A DNA stretch of 64,000 bases, from contig NIVC01002125.1 of NCBI GenBank assembly GCA_002269645.1, positions 1-64,000 of the forward strand, written 5' to 3'. Made by a program: the position numbers and the translations under genes. Source of the stretch: Macrostomum lignano. Its lineage: Eukaryota. The notes under the pieces were generated by a model. The model searched no databases, had not been told where the DNA came from, and was given only the letters and a program-made list of their open reading frames with translations. Positions within the stretch are counted from its first letter, which is position 1. Every line of letters begins with the position of its first letter. Below are positions 11,186 to 26,046 of this stretch, one piece after another.

Positions 11186-11859
11186 AGCTCACAACACGGC
11201 CATCCCTGATTAGTCCGACGCCACCTCCACCAAAAGAGAGCTCGCACCCAGCTGTTATTCCCTGCAAAATTGCTGCATGCAAACTCCAGTTCGCTTCACG
11301 CTTTTGATAAACGCATTTATCGAAAATTTCTGATTTAATTGAGGCAAAATTGTATTTAGCAAAGCCATCTCTCGATATTAATTGTCTGTACAATATAAAG
11401 ATTCGAGGGAGAGATTTGGCAGGCAAGCCAATTACTTTGCCGTCGTGAAATTGGGCTATTTTTCCAAGTCCATTTCCCTCTTTTTATCTCCTCTCAACAG
11501 CGTGCCCACTTGTTGTTTACCATGTAGGAATATTTCACCCGCCACTCAGCAACCCGGCCTTCTCCCATAGCTGGAGTGAGCTGAATACCTAAAATATTCT
11601 CGGAAATTCTGACTGAAAAATGTGTTCATTGAAATGCTGTGGAACAGGGAGGGGGAGGAGGCTAAAGACTAATGAGAACCGGCTGCTGCTGGTGCCGATG
11701 CATCATTTTAATCAGTCGGCTGGCCTCACGGGCCACCCGCTCACCCGCCACCCTAGGGCAACTACTCCGCTCTAGATGTCGTTGCAGCGTTAGTGTTCCT
11801 CTACACTAAACATTAATTACTTGCTTGAGCAAGGGGACCAAACAGAAATTTAGTGGTTC

Positions 11860-12217
<358 letters not shown>

Positions 12218-12817
12218 AGCTAACTAATCTAATCTAACTAACTGAAGCGTTCAAAATTTCTGACGATTATAAAAAGTTTCCCGCACAATCTCTACGTAAA
12301 AAAGAAGGCGGAGCCTCGAGGGGTCGTGACCCGAGCGTCTGATGAAGCCAACGAAGGCTGGAGAATGTTGAGCTGTAAAAATTACAGATAGGCAAATTTT
12401 TCCCACACGAAGTTTCATTAAGATGAGAGCAACATTTCTCTCGCTGATAGAGTTACTTTTTCCAGATTTAATAAGGCATCAAGGATTACAAATAAAGAGT
12501 GAAGCTGGGGAGACATGCAGAGACAGGCAGGATCGCAGAAATGGATCGGCAGACAGAATCGTTGCGAGAGAACAGGAGAGAACAAGCAGAAAACAGAGCA
12601 GCCAAGCCGTCGTGTGCGCGCACTCAGTCTCTGCCCTCCATCCCCCCGCTGGGAGTCTTGCACGTGACTCCGAGTGAGGATGTAAAATAACTCTATTGAA
12701 ATCATACACGGCTGACTGCCATTCTCCGTATATTTTCATCTCAGAAATGAATTCAAATCTTCTTCAAAAACGATGGCTGTGTCACGGGTTCGCGGACAAG
12801 GCAGAGTGCAGCATCCG

Positions 12818-13105
12818 ATCAGACCCTTCACTCCCTGCATCTTATCAGAAGGTTCACTCCCTGCATCTTATTAGACCCTTCACTCCCTGCATCCTATCAG
12901 ACTCTTCACTCCCTGCATCCCATCAGACCCTTCACTCCCTGCATCCCATCAGACCCTTCACTCCCTACATCCTATCAGACCCTTCACTCCCTACATCCTA
13001 TCGGACTCTTCACTCCCTGCATCCTATCAGACCCTTCACTCCCTGCATTCTATCAGACCCTTCACTCCCTGCATCCTATCAGACCCTTCACTCCCTGCAT
13101 CCTAT
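12818..13105. repeat. 26-bp minisatellite
   Basis: Unit TCAGACCCTTCACTCCCTGCATCCTA. Confidence 0.92.
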
Positions 13106-13419
13106 TGATGCTATTAGTTAAAATGTATTTTTTTTAGTAAAGAAAATCAGTTAACAGTTATCAGTACCAGTTATTGGAGGCAAAACGAATAAAAAGTAAG
13201 GCGTTGACTGGCAGTCAGAAGGTCACGTGATGTCTTGTTATAAAATTTTTTGATCGGAAGGCAGGGATGATTCACTTATAGTTCAGTCCTAATTAAAATG
13301 TCTCCAGCATTGGATCTGACTATCCTGTGGATTATTTGGCACGTGTTCCAGAGAATGGCAATGAGTTCTTTTATTCTAAACGGTGGAGAGTTCATTAGTC
13401 TAGCATCCACACGAACCCT

Positions 13420-13815
13420 ATCCTACCCTCCCTGCATTAATACCGACCCTACCCTCCCTGCAGAAATACCGACCCTACCCTCCCTGCAGAAATACCGACC
13501 CTACCCTCCCTGCAGAAATACCGACCCTACCCTCCCTGCAGAAATACCGACCCTACCCTCCCTGCAGAAATACCGACCCTACCCTCCCTGCATTAATACC
13601 GACCCTACCCTCCCTGCAGAAATACCGACCCTACCCTCCCTGCATTAATACCGACCCTACCCTCCCTGCATTAATACCGACCCTACCCTCCCTGCAGAAA
13701 TACCGACCCTACCCTCCCTGCAGAAATACCGACCCTACCCTCCCTGCAGAAATACCGACCCTACCCTCCCTGCAGAAATACCGACCCTACCCTCCCTGCA
13801 GAAATACCGACCCTG
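13420..13815. repeat. 26-bp minisatellite
   Basis: Unit ACCGACCCTACCCTCCCTGCAGAAAT. Confidence 0.95.
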
Positions 13816-14664
13816 TTGTTGTTGTTTCTGTTGTTGATGTTGTCGTTGTCGTTGTTGTTGTTTCACCCACGCCATACAATATATCCGAGTATAGTATGTG
13901 CAATAAGTAAGCGTCAATCAATGCAGACAGGATCCTCTAGTCTGGCTCCCATAAATTACGGCAGCAGTAGCATCCTAATATTAACACAGTCTGAGGCATA
14001 CTATACTGATTGTGAGTATAGACTCAAGAATTGATTCCAGGATTAGAGGACAGAAAGGATGTGAGAGGAGGATGTAGATGATTAAAGTAAGGAGAGTTCA
14101 GGTCAGGCCAAGGTAATGTTGGGCACTCAGACAGAAGTGTAATCGATGATGGCGCCCGTGTCCCGTAAAGGAAGCTGTGTTTTGACTGTCTCCTCACGTA
14201 AAACTCCTCTCCTCTCGCCAGTTTGCATAGCGGGCTTTAATGTCTGGCCTGCATGTCCTCACGTGACCCCAGGCTAAGCCGGCGTTGGCGAGACCGAGGC
14301 CGGGGTGGGGGAAGAGGCTGCAGCCCAGACCCCGCATCTCCCATTCTACACTTCTACACTTTATAGCAATAGAAAACATTACCAATTCCCATATTAGGAA
14401 AATTATTTAGAGAGAGGGGAAGAGAGGAACCATCAGGCTTAGGGGGAGTGCACTTCGTGACTGGGATATCGCCTCCTATGCATAATACAGCCTGCATAGT
14501 ATAGGAAGTTGAATCTAATTTAGCCAGACTCTGGTCCTCAGAGAAATCTCTTAACCTCTATGAATAGGGGGAATAGATAGATCTTCTCACAGTGTATATT
14601 CACTGATTGCAGATCTGCTTATCCATAAGATATAATAAGTCATATATATAATCTGTAATTTAAC

Positions 14665-14960
14665 GGACTGATGTAGAGAGTAGACTGAGATGTAGACTGA
14701 AGTAGAGAGTAGACTGAGATGTAGACTGAAGTAGAGAGTCAAGTGAGGTGTAGACAGAAGTAGAGACTAGACTGAGATGTAGACTGAAGTAGAGAGTCAA
14801 GTGAGGTGTAGACAGAAGTAGAGACTAGAGTGAGATGTAGACTGAAATAGAGAGTCAAGTGAGGTGTAGACAGAAGTAGAGAGTAAAGTGAGGTGTAGAC
14901 AGAAATAGAGAGTAAAGTGAGGTGTAGACAGAAGTAGAGAGTAAAGTGAGGTGTAGACTA
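14665..14960. repeat. 29-bp minisatellite with two variant units
   Basis: GTAGAGAGTAGACTGAGATGTAGACTGAA and GTAGAGAGTCAAGTGAGGTGTAGACAGAA. Confidence 0.9.
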
Positions 14961-15882
14961 AGTTAAAACATTCATTCAGAGCAGAAAATTTCAGCCAATG
15001 CTGCACACGAATTTCTGTGAAATATCGCAGATTTTTATCGCCAAACTGTCAGATCCTGCGTAAGCTGCTGAATTCATAGACTTACCCGGAAGTGCTATTA
15101 GGTGCAGTTGCTGGGCGAGCTGTGGGTTAGAACGCCCTTAGGGTGCAAATATCTCAAATTTTTCAAATATCCCAAAAGACCCAGATTTTTCCCTGGGGTA
15201 AACTGGTCCATAAAACAGGCTCGAGAACGGGGGGGGGGGGGTTTCGGGATAGATTAGGAGAAACCCTGAACAGAGCAGCAAGCTTTTGCCCAGTTCAAGT
15301 CAAGCGCCGAGAATGCATGACAATCAATCAAGCTGAACCCAAGCCGAGGCCCGGATCGGGCAACAGTCTCCGCGAGGAAGCGAAGGAGTAAAAAGAAGCC
15401 CTTGTTAAAAAAATCTGGCCGTCCGGCAGCAGAGACCAAATTTCTGTATTGATGGCAGGGAGCGCTAGTGATAGAAGTCTGGATAGGAAACTATTTTACC
15501 TACAAAACGAGACTAAAAATGGGTTCCTTTTCCGAAGCGATGCAAAATAGATTTGTACGAAATCTGTTTAGTTCAACTGTTATATTAATTATTAGTTTTA
15601 CCAGTCAATGTGACAGCAATCCAGATGCTGTATCAAGTATTCCCTGGCGCAGTGAATGCAAACAATAATTTTTCGATGCCTGGAAGATCTTAGCAACCAC
15701 TTTCTCTGTCTAGGAATTTCACAATGGAAAAATAAGTAAAGATTTACGAGCGTATGAATAAACCGCTGCTTTTGTGAACAGTTTTTAGTTTCCTGTCCCG
15801 TCAGAATCTAATAAGGTTCGCAGCAACGGTCATAAATCATTGCACGGCTGCGGTGAACTTTTATGCTGACTTATGCTTTCGG

Positions 15883-16975
15883 TCACTGACTGACTGACTG
15901 ACTGACTGACTGACTGACTGACTGACTGACTGACTGACTGACTGACTGACTGACTGACTGACTGACTGACTGACTGACTGACTGACTGACTGACTGACTG
16001 ACTGACTGACTTGTGTGAGTGGGTGACTGACTGACTGACTGACTGACTGACTGACTGACTGACTGACTGACTGACTGACTGACTTGACTGACTGACTTGA
16101 GTGAGTGGGTGACTGACTGACTGACTGACTGACTGACTGACTGACTGACTGACTGACTGACTGACTGACTGACTGACTGACTGACTGACTTGAGTGAGTG
16201 GGTGACTGACTGACTGACTGACTGACTGACTGACTGACTGACTGACTGACTGACTGACTGACTTGAGTGAGTGGGTCGGTGACTGACTGACTGACTGACT
16301 GACTGACTGACTTGAGTGAGTGGGTGACTGACTGACTGACTGACTGACTGACTGACTGACTGACTTGAGTGAGTGGGTGACTGACTGACTGACTGACTGA
16401 CTGACTGACTGACTGACTTGAGTGAGTGGGTGACTGACTGACTGACTGACTGACTGACTGACTGACTGACTGACTGACTGACTGACTGACTGATTGACTG
16501 ACTGACTGACTGACTGACTGACTGACTGACTGACTGACTGACTGACTGACTGACTGACTGACTGACTGACTGACTGATTGACTGACTGACTGACTGACTG
16601 ACTGACTGACTGACTGACTGACTGACTGACTGACTGACTGACTGACTGACTGACTGACTGATTGACTGACTGACTGACTGACTGACTGACTGACTGACTG
16701 ACTGACTGACTGACTGACTGACTGACTGATTGACTGACTGACTGACTGACTGACTGACTGATTGACTGACTGACTGACTGACTGACTGACTGACTTGAGT
16801 GAGTGGGTGACTGACTGACTGACTGACTGACTGACTGACTGACTGACTGACTGACTGACTGACTGACTGACTGACTGATTGACTGACTGACTGACTGACT
16901 GACTGACTGATTGACTGATTGACTGACTGACTGATTGACTGACTGACTGACTGACTGACTGACTGACTGACTGAG
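15883..16975. repeat. (GACT)n microsatellite with TGAGTGAGTGGG interruptions
   Basis: Direct reading. Confidence 0.98.
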
Positions 16976-17870
16976 CACATTCATCAAGCTCTGAGCAGCT
17001 GCAGCATCTGAGCAGGTCCTGTCCCTCAAATTCGTTACAAATTGATTATCAGATGCCACTGGAAATCCTCTGGGTAGACTTGGCTGGGTGGAACAGTTGG
17101 AATTTCTTAAGACGCTCGGGCCTGCCCCAGTTTTATCTCCTTTAAGGCATCGGGTGGGATCGGCATTCCCGTCAGAAAATCCCCTTGGAGTTGGACACAC
17201 GCCCTTGGCTTTATCATCTCTCACTGTGCTGGTCAGTTATGAGATTTATGCATATTCGCGATATAAATATACTCGCCACTATACGTTTCCACCTGACAAG
17301 GCAGGCATGCAAAAGTACAATTAGCTTGCCGGACGGGGGAGGTAAAGAAGCCAGGAAAGCAGAGCGACAAAGAATCCCAGCCCACGCAGCCATGTTTGCT
17401 ACAGAACTGCCCTACAGGCCCAGTTCGTTTTCTGTACACGAGGGCCAGATGCAGTTTAGCCCAGAAGCAAAACTTGAGAGGCCCGAACGAAGCACTGAAA
17501 ACTCTTGACCCGAAAGTTTACGACCGACCAGAGGGGAAATTGGGAGTAATGGGCATAAAACAGGGAAGAGAGGCTAGGATTGTAGGGCATAGGAAACGCT
17601 TAGGAAAATATGCAAATTATGTGATATAAACAAATACTCCAGTGCGATGCTGTGTGCCTGCATTGCCCCTCAGCAATGCGTAAAATTTCTGCATATCTAA
17701 TCATTCACACCATCCGCAGGCTTTGGAAATTCCGCAATATTTTATACTGCCCCGACCCGGGAGAGATGGCAGCGCAGATGTGCGAAAGCTGCACCATCCA
17801 AAGGACTGCAATTGGCAAGGGGAGCCTCGTCAGCCGAGTGAAAGTGCATTGTGTCCTAGTTGCTGATTGG

Positions 17871-18596
<726 letters not shown>

Positions 18597-19479
18597 AACA
18601 GTGCTTACATATTTAGCTCGTCAAAGAACAAAGGGATTAAACATCAGGTTGTATACATTAAGTTTTTTAATGTTTTAGCAAAAGCAAGTTTCTGCGCAGA
18701 ACAGTCATTAGATGAAGTAAATACTGTAGTTTTAACATAACAGAAAGCAGTCTTCACTGAGACCATAACCGCGGGCCCAGCGATCAGGTCATTGGGATGC
18801 CTCCAAGCCAGCAAAGTATGTGGGGCTTCAACATGACGGGAGCGGACTACAGTATTTACACTGCAGCTTCATGCAAATTCATTCAAAGACGCGAGGGCGC
18901 ACACAAAAGAAAACGGCACTCGGGCATGTCTCCAGCGGGCATTTAAAACCAAGATGTAAATATTGATTTTTGTTGACAACTCCCAGCTGAAATTGGAATC
19001 CAACCAAATCACTAAGCATCACTATGGCCTCAATCCACTCCCTCTAGCAGTTTCTGAAGAGTCGGGTACCAGAATTACCAGAACGGAATGATCTTTTCAG
19101 AAAAAAACAGAGTGCACGGACGGGACTGCGAGGCATATTTGATGGTGCCTGAAGCTGATGGGAAAAGTATAAATTATCCTGCTTGAACAGCCTACAGCCC
19201 ATCGGGTCTGGTTAGACACTGGAAACTGGACTTTGCGTGTCAGTTGGTCAAAGGCGGGAGATTACAGAGACGACCTGTGCTGGCTAAGGGTGGTTAAAGC
19301 TATACGAGGGGAAGGCTGCTGAGACTTGTAACCAGATAGAGAGAGAGAGAGAGGAAGTGGATGCCCTGAATTTGCATCATTCCATCTCGCTACAAAACTA
19401 TTTTACAAACTCTCGATCTGGCCTTCTCTCAAAGTCCAACCTGCTTTGATCTGGGCCGACGCGTTAATAGTACATTGGA

Positions 19480-20103
19480 TAGAGGGAGGGAGAGAGAGAG
19501 GGATGTAGAGAGAGAGAAGGAGAGAGAGAGAGGGGCAGAGAGGTAGAGAGGAGACAGAGGGGGAGAGAAGGGGAGAGAGGGAGATAGAGAAGATAGAGGG
19601 AGAGAGGGGGAGAGAGATGGGAGAGAGAGTGAGAAAGAGGGGAGAGGGAGAGAGCGGGGAGGAGTGGGAGAGAGAGGGGAGAGAGAGTGAGAAAGAGGAG
19701 AGAGAGCGGGAGAGAGAGGGAGAGAGAGGGAGAGAGGGAGAGAGAGGGGGAGGGAGGGAGAGAGAGGGAGAGAGAGGGAGAGAGAGGGAGAGGGAGGGAG
19801 AGAGAGGGAGAGAGGGGAGAGAGAGTGAGAAAGAGGAGAGAGAGGGAGAGAGGGAGAGAGAGGGGGAGGGAGGGAAAGAGAGGAGAGAGAGGGAGAGAGA
19901 GGGAGAGGGAGGGAGAGAGAGGGAGAGAGGGGAGAGAGAGTGAGAAAGAGGAGAGAGAGGGAGAGAGAGGGAGAGAGAGGGAGAGAGAGGGAGAGTGGGA
20001 GAGAGAGGGAGAGAGCGGGGGAGAGTGGGAGAGAGGGAGAAAGCGGGGGAGAGTGGGAGAGAGAGGGGAGAGAGGGAGAGAGGGGGGAGAGAGGGAGAGA
20101 GGG
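19480..20103. repeat. Degenerate GA-rich polypurine tract
   Basis: Direct reading. Confidence 0.95.
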
Positions 20104-20691
20104 GCAGAGTTCTGTAGCGACATGCAGGGGCCTGAGAAGCTGCCTTACAATACAGTCTATAACAATCTGAATTAATCATTATAACACGCGAGGATAGGGA
20201 ATGAGAGGGAGCATATAGATGATTAGTTTAAACAATTATGAATGCATATTTTTCAATATGCACAAAAAGCATTGAACACAATAGCCAGACTGCTACCTGC
20301 ATGTCTTGAAATAAATTGCCCAATAATAAACAGTGTGACGTTTAGAAGCAACAAAATCTGCTCTTTATGATGTAAATACAGAAAACAGGTGAGAATGCTG
20401 TTCGGCCAGGCGGGAAGTTGACGTCGGTCAGATATTGATTTGCTTTTTTGGTATGGGGATTATGCGAGCTGATGGCGACACAGATAATACAGCTTCCCAA
20501 TTAAACATAAATACTCGTATTAGCGTGTCTGTGCGCACGCGTCCAACAGACTTTGTAGAGTATTTTATCCGGACTGGACTAGATTCTAATCCAGACGAAA
20601 TTCCAAATATTAGTAGTCCTTGCCTGAGCCCTGAGTGTGTTAGTTTATATATATATAATTCTAGTAGCTCAGAGAGGCGCCCCAGCCTCCA

Positions 20692-23600
20692 TCACTGCGG
20701 CGAGGGAAGCTGGTGGCCATTGGAGGCGGCGCACTGCAGCTCCAGCGCCGGCGGCTCCTCTTCTGCCCCCTCCTCCTCGATCGCCGCTTCGACGCTGCCG
20801 TTACCAAGCTTGCCGTCGCCGTTGCTGCAGCCATTGACGTCGCCGTCGCCGTAGCCCTGGACCGCCGCCCGAAGCCGCTGCAGCTCCTCCTTCTGGGCGT
20901 CGTATTTCGCCCGCAGCCGCCGCACATCCGGCGAGCGAAGCTCCTCAACTTGCCGGCGAAGGCGCGCCAACTCGTCCCGATCGACCTCGGCCTGGGCGCA
21001 GCGCCCCGTCAGCCGGTCGACGACCTGCTGCAGGCCGTCGATGCGAGCCTGATAACCCGACTTGACCTTCTCCACCATGGCCAGAAACTGCGGGGTGGCC
21101 TTCTCTGGCAGGTGGCCTTCGCCCCAGTCGGTAAGCGACTCCCAGTCGGATGCGATGGACTCTGCGAAGGAGTAGAGTGGGTTGCTAATCTCGCTAGTGG
21201 ATTGCTAATCTCGCTAGTGGATTGCTAATCTCGCTAGTGGATTGCTAATCTCGCTAGTGGATTGCTAATCTCGCTAGTGGATTGCTAATCTCGCTAGTGG
21301 ATTGCTAATCTCGCTAGTGGATTGCTAATCTCGCTAGTGGATTGCTAATCTCGCTAGTGGATTGCTAATCTCGCTAGTGGATTGCTAATCTCGCTAGTGG
21401 ATTGCTAATCTCGCTAGTGGATTGCTAATCTCGCTAGTGGATTGCTAATCTCGCTAGTGGATTGCTAATCTCGCTAGTGGATTGCTAATCTCGCTAGTGG
21501 ATTGCTAATCTAGCCAATCTCGCTCAGTTTTCTGTCAACCTGCTGCTTATTTCCGCTAACGTAAAAACATCCTTCTTCTAGCTATGAATACAAATGGCCT
21601 TGTCAAATGTAGCGCTAAGTCTCCCCAGTATCGAAGTGGCGGTAGGAGCTGCGCTGTAATCGAGGTGAGCTTTTTCTACACGGGCGGAGGTAACAGTTTG
21701 GTCTCGTGACTACCGCTTGTGTTCTCTATGTGTTGTTTTTGTGTCTGTATCTGGGCCTAGACTGGGAGTGCAGAGGGAAACAACAAGGGAGAGAGAGAGA
21801 GAGAGCTAAAGCCTCCATAGTATCGATTCTAGATTTCGCATTCTCTACGCGACAACAGCGGAGCCAGATGTGACTGCACCATTGGCTTCGCTACACTTAG
21901 AGTTGGAAAATTTCCTCGTCACTTTCCGAGCTCAGCTACGAAAATATGCGCCGACCAGCAAATGAGTCAAAGGTGAAGGAGAAGAGATGAGAGAGGGTAG
22001 ATAGGAGTGATGGCTCCAAACAGGAACCAACTGCTTCTGCTCACCTTCGAGCGTCATCGGGCTGCTGGGCGCTTTCTCGGGCTTGAGCTGATCCAAGAAG
22101 GCCTCGGCCGACGATTTTGCCGCAGCCGAAGGAGGCGCCGGCCCGGCAGCTTGATTAAGTCGAATATTGGGCGCAAATTCCTGGGGTTGCACTTGCCTCG
22201 ATTCTGCAGTTGCTGCTGCTGCTGCTGCGGTCTTCTGCTCCTGCTGCGACGAGCTGTCGGGACTGAGCAGCGCCGATGGCTTCTCTTCGTCTTCTGGAAC
22301 TTTTTGTTGCTGCTGCTGCTGCTGTGGCGGCTGCTTTTGCGACTGTTGTGCCGGACTAGTAAGGCCGTTGCTGCATCTAAATGCGATTCAACGGTATTCG
22401 ATTGCGTTGTATCAAAAAAACAGCAATAAAGAGCATCTGTAAAATTAATTTAGGAAGGAACTCACGGCGAAATCGGACGAATTGCCCCGGTGGCGATGCC
22501 GTTCTCAATGTGGCACCGTCTGCTGTTGTTGAGCAGCTTGTGCCGTTTTGCCTCTGACTCGGGACCGACTCCGTGATGGTTTCCATTGGCAACGGGCTGC
22601 AATGACAGAATGCAATGAATTATATTCCAGGGATCTGATACCGAATGACCCGATACCGAAATGGCACCAGTTGGTCCCGATACCGAAATGGCATCGAATG
22701 GTTCCGATACCGAAATGGCACCGGTTAGTCCCGATACCGAAATGGCACCAGTTGGCCCCGATACCGAAATGGCACCAGTTGGTCCCGATACCGAAATGGC
22801 ACCAGTAAGTCCCGATACCGAAATGGTACCAGATGGTCCCGATACCGAAATGGTACCAGATGGTCCCGATACCGAAATGGCATCGAATGGTTCCGATACC
22901 GAAATGGCACCGGATGGTCCCGATACCGAAATGGTACCAGATGGTCCCGATACCGAAATGGTACCAGATGGTCCCGATACCGAAATGGTACCAGATGGTC
23001 CCGATACCGAAATGGCACCAGTTGGTCCCGATACCGAAATGGCACCGGATGGTCCCGATACCGAAATGGCATTCAAACATGAATTTAGGGAACAACTCAC
23101 CAGCAGCATCCCTGGCCGCTTCCTGGCCTCAAATCTGGCCTTCACAGCCTCCAGCGTTCTCTCCTGACTGTCCGAGTCCCGCTCGGCCAGCCGCCTGTCC
23201 AGCATGAGGTACAGCCGCCATTTGGTCGAATCGAAGCCCCAGTGGCAGGTCTCCCGCTCCGGCTGCACGTGGACGTGTCCGACAAACTGGGCTGGCGACA
23301 ACAAGCCGGAGCAGCCCGAGCACACGATACACGGCGCCTCCGGGCAGGTGTACAGCCGGGGAATGAGGAAGCCGCGCTGCTTGCCGAAGCAGCGGTGGTA
23401 AACGCAGGCTCCATCCAGCCCGGTAAGCGAGCCTTGGTAGCGCGGCAGATCCGGGCTGTTCAGCAGCAGCCATTTGCACAGCCGTTCAGCGTCCGACTTT
23501 GTGATGAGGCCGCAGTTCTCTAGGCGAGGCCCGAACACGCGGCGCTGCTGCAGCAGGTTCATCTGGTTGCTGGTGCAGCGCTGGCAGTAGATGTTAAGCT

Positions 23601-24249
23601 CCTCGCAGACCCGGTTGATGTCCGCCAAGGTGACCCCCGCCCGCAGCAGCACATTGTTAAGCACCTGCGGCAGGCACAGTCGCTTTTCGCCTCCAACAAC
23701 AAATGCGTAGATGGCTTTGCCTTCGAGAATTGTCTCGACAAAGTCGCCGGTCTCCCTTGAGGCTCTCGAGTCGGGCGGTTGGAGCGGTGGTGGCGGCGGT
23801 GGTGGAGGCGGAGGCGGCGGAGCGGCCCTGGCCGCAATCAGCCGGCCGTCCACTTGAGCTCCGATCGCGTGCAGCCCGGCCGGGAAAACCTGCGCTGCCG
23901 CCAGCTTCAGCTGCGGAGGTGGCGGCGGCGGCGGTGCTTGTGGCGGTGGCGGCCGCGGCTGCCGCGGCGGGGGCTGGAGATGATGATGAGGATGCGGCTG
24001 GCGCTGATAGGCATGGTGATGCTGATGATGCGGAAGTCGCTGTTGTTGCTGCTGCTGTTGCAGGTGCTGATGCCCATGTCCTGCCGACTGCATATAGGGA
24101 TAGGCGCCCAAAGGCTGGCCTGGCTGCATCTTCGCTGAGGCAGCAGCGGCGGCTGCAGCGGCGGCTGCCGCGTAGCCCTGCATGTTGTGCAGCATGGACA
24201 GCGAGGCCGAGGACGTCTGGTTGAACAAGTTGAATCCGTTCGAATTCAT
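20692..24249 (-). CDS. SKI: SKI/SnoN-family transcriptional co-repressor, 4 exons: 24249-23101, 22596-22466, 22376-22045, 21161-20692 (693 aa)
   Basis: DHD domain (ETILEGKAIYAFVVGGEKRLCLPQVLNNVL...CGLITKSDAERLC), SAND-like SMAD4-binding domain (VYHRCFGKQRG...CIVCSGC...SPAQFVGHVH...TCHWGFDSTKWRLYL) and a C-terminal coiled coil. All three introns are GT-AG and phase-consistent; the exons total 2082 nt. SKI and SKIL cannot be distinguished. Confidence 0.93.
21186..21517. repeat. 20-bp minisatellite in SKI intron 3
   Basis: Unit GGATTGCTAATCTCGCTAGT. Confidence 0.95.
22650..23070. repeat. 27-bp minisatellite in SKI intron 1
   Basis: Unit CCCGATACCGAAATGGCACCAGTTGGT. It explains the repetitive part of ORF 22462-24255. 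Confidence 0.95.
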
Positions 24250-24605
24250 TGCCAACCGCTTGCTGCTGTTGTCGCTTAATTAGTGGCTTAAGTGGCCAGG
24301 TATTGGCAGCAGACGGCTGTCGGCATGGGTAGCCAGAAATTCCTCCAGTCTAAATATTTATTCCTCTATCCCCTTTTCTTCTTTTAGAAGAGAGAGGGAG
24401 AGAGAGAGGGGAGAGGTGGGGCGCAGGCAGTTCGAGGATGGCAGACTGGCGGAGGCTCTGGAGTGGCTAGTAAACACTGGACTTTAGAGTTTAACTGCGT
24501 TCGTTCTGAACCTAAGAGGAAGAGTTGGAGGACGGGGTGGGTGGCGCCGTCTCGGGGGTATCAAGTACGCTGCGCAGTTTTTAGCTTCGGTGAACTTCTC
24601 CCGCT

Positions 24606-24650
<45 letters not shown>

Positions 24651-25077
24651 TCCTGACCTCGGGGTAGGGACGGCCGGATTGTGAAATACTCGACTAGTAC
24701 GTGGCCGGGATCTGGAACGGCTACACCGGTTGGGTGAGAGGAGCGAGTGGAGAGAAGGGGGGAAGGGGGAGGCCCAGTTGTTTCTGGCTGCTTCTGCACC
24801 AGAGGACACAGCGGGTCGCCTGGTGTGGAGTGGAACTATTGGCTGGCAAGGAACTGAGTGGAGGGGAGAGGGGAGTGAGGAAGGGAGATGGAGAACACAG
24901 AGACGGAATAGAGCAGAGGGGTTGGGGCAGGGTTGCTGTAGCAGTCTGAGCTCGATGCTCAGCGCCTAGACCGCCAGCCAACCTCAGTTCTCAACCCGCC
25001 CTTGTTTTCAGAGGTAACTGATGACATCAACAGGGCTGCTGAGGTAAATGAGGTCATTCCAAGGACTTAGGGCGCAG

Positions 25078-25287
25078 GCATAGTGCTAGTGGGGTAGCCA
25101 GCATAGTGCTAGTGGGGTAGCCAGCATAGTGCTAGTGGGGTAGCCAGCATAGTGCTAGTGGGGTAGCCAGCATAGTGCTAGTGGGGTAGCCAGCATAGTG
25201 CTAGTGGGGTAGCCAGCATAGTGCTAGTGGGGTAGCCAGTATAGTGCAAGTGGGGTAGCCAGCATAGTGCTAGTGGGGTAGCCAGCA
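25078..25287. repeat. 23-bp minisatellite, about 9 copies
   Basis: Unit GCATAGTGCTAGTGGGGTAGCCA. Confidence 0.95.
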
Positions 25288-25461
25288 AGCAGTTTCTAGC
25301 TGAAAGTCGTCGAAAGAAAAATTATGCTAATAACTATCTGGAATATTAATTCGTCAAAAAATTAAAATAAAGTTTTCCCATCTACTTACTAGCAGTAGGT
25401 ACTTTCGAGGAAAAAGCTCCTGCTGCGCATTATTGGGCAGAACTATAATCAAGAGCCACCC

Positions 25462-26046
25462 ATTGGTGCTGGCGCCCCTTGGTGCTGGCGCCCCTTGGTG
25501 CTGGCGCCCCTTGGTGCTGGCGCCCCTTGGTGCTGGCGCCCCTTGGTGCTGGCGCCCCTTGGTGCTGGCGCCCCTTGGTGCTGGCGCCCCTTGGTGCTGG
25601 CGCCCCTTGGTGCTGGCGCCCCTTGGTGCTGGCGCCCCTTGGTGCTGGCGCCCCTTGGTGCTGGCGCCCCTTGGTGCTGGCGCCCCTTGGTGCTGGCGCC
25701 CCTTGGTGCTGGCGCCATGAGGGCCAAACCCCATGAGGGCCAAACCCCATGAGGGCCAAACCCCATGAGGGCCAAACCCCATGAGGGCCAAACCTCATGA
25801 GGGCCAAACCCCATGAGGGCCAAACCCCATGAGGGCCAAACCCCATGAGGGCCAAACCCCATGAGGGCCAAACCCCATGAGGGCCAAACCCCATGAGGGC
25901 CAAACCCCATGAGGGCCAAACCCCATGAGGGCCAAACCCCATGAGGGCCAAACCCCATGAGGGCCAAACCCCATGAGGGCCAAACCCCATGAGGGCCAAA
26001 CCCCATGAGGGCCAAACCCCATGAGGGCCAAACCCCATGAGGGCCA
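25462..26046. repeat. Two abutting 16-bp minisatellites
   Basis: CCTTGGTGCTGGCGCC to about 25716, then CCATGAGGGCCAAACC to about 26046. Confidence 0.95.

Noticed and set aside
12339-12365. Hammerhead ribozyme-like CTGATGA followed by a small stem (AGCC/GGCT)
   Set aside because: The required GAAA after stem II is absent, and stems I and III cannot be formed convincingly.
18780-19200. Possible decayed DNA-transposon coding remnant (zinc-finger-like His/Cys pattern and an ARHI*WCLKL segment)
   Set aside because: Multiple stops and frame changes; the similarity is too weak to support without a profile search.
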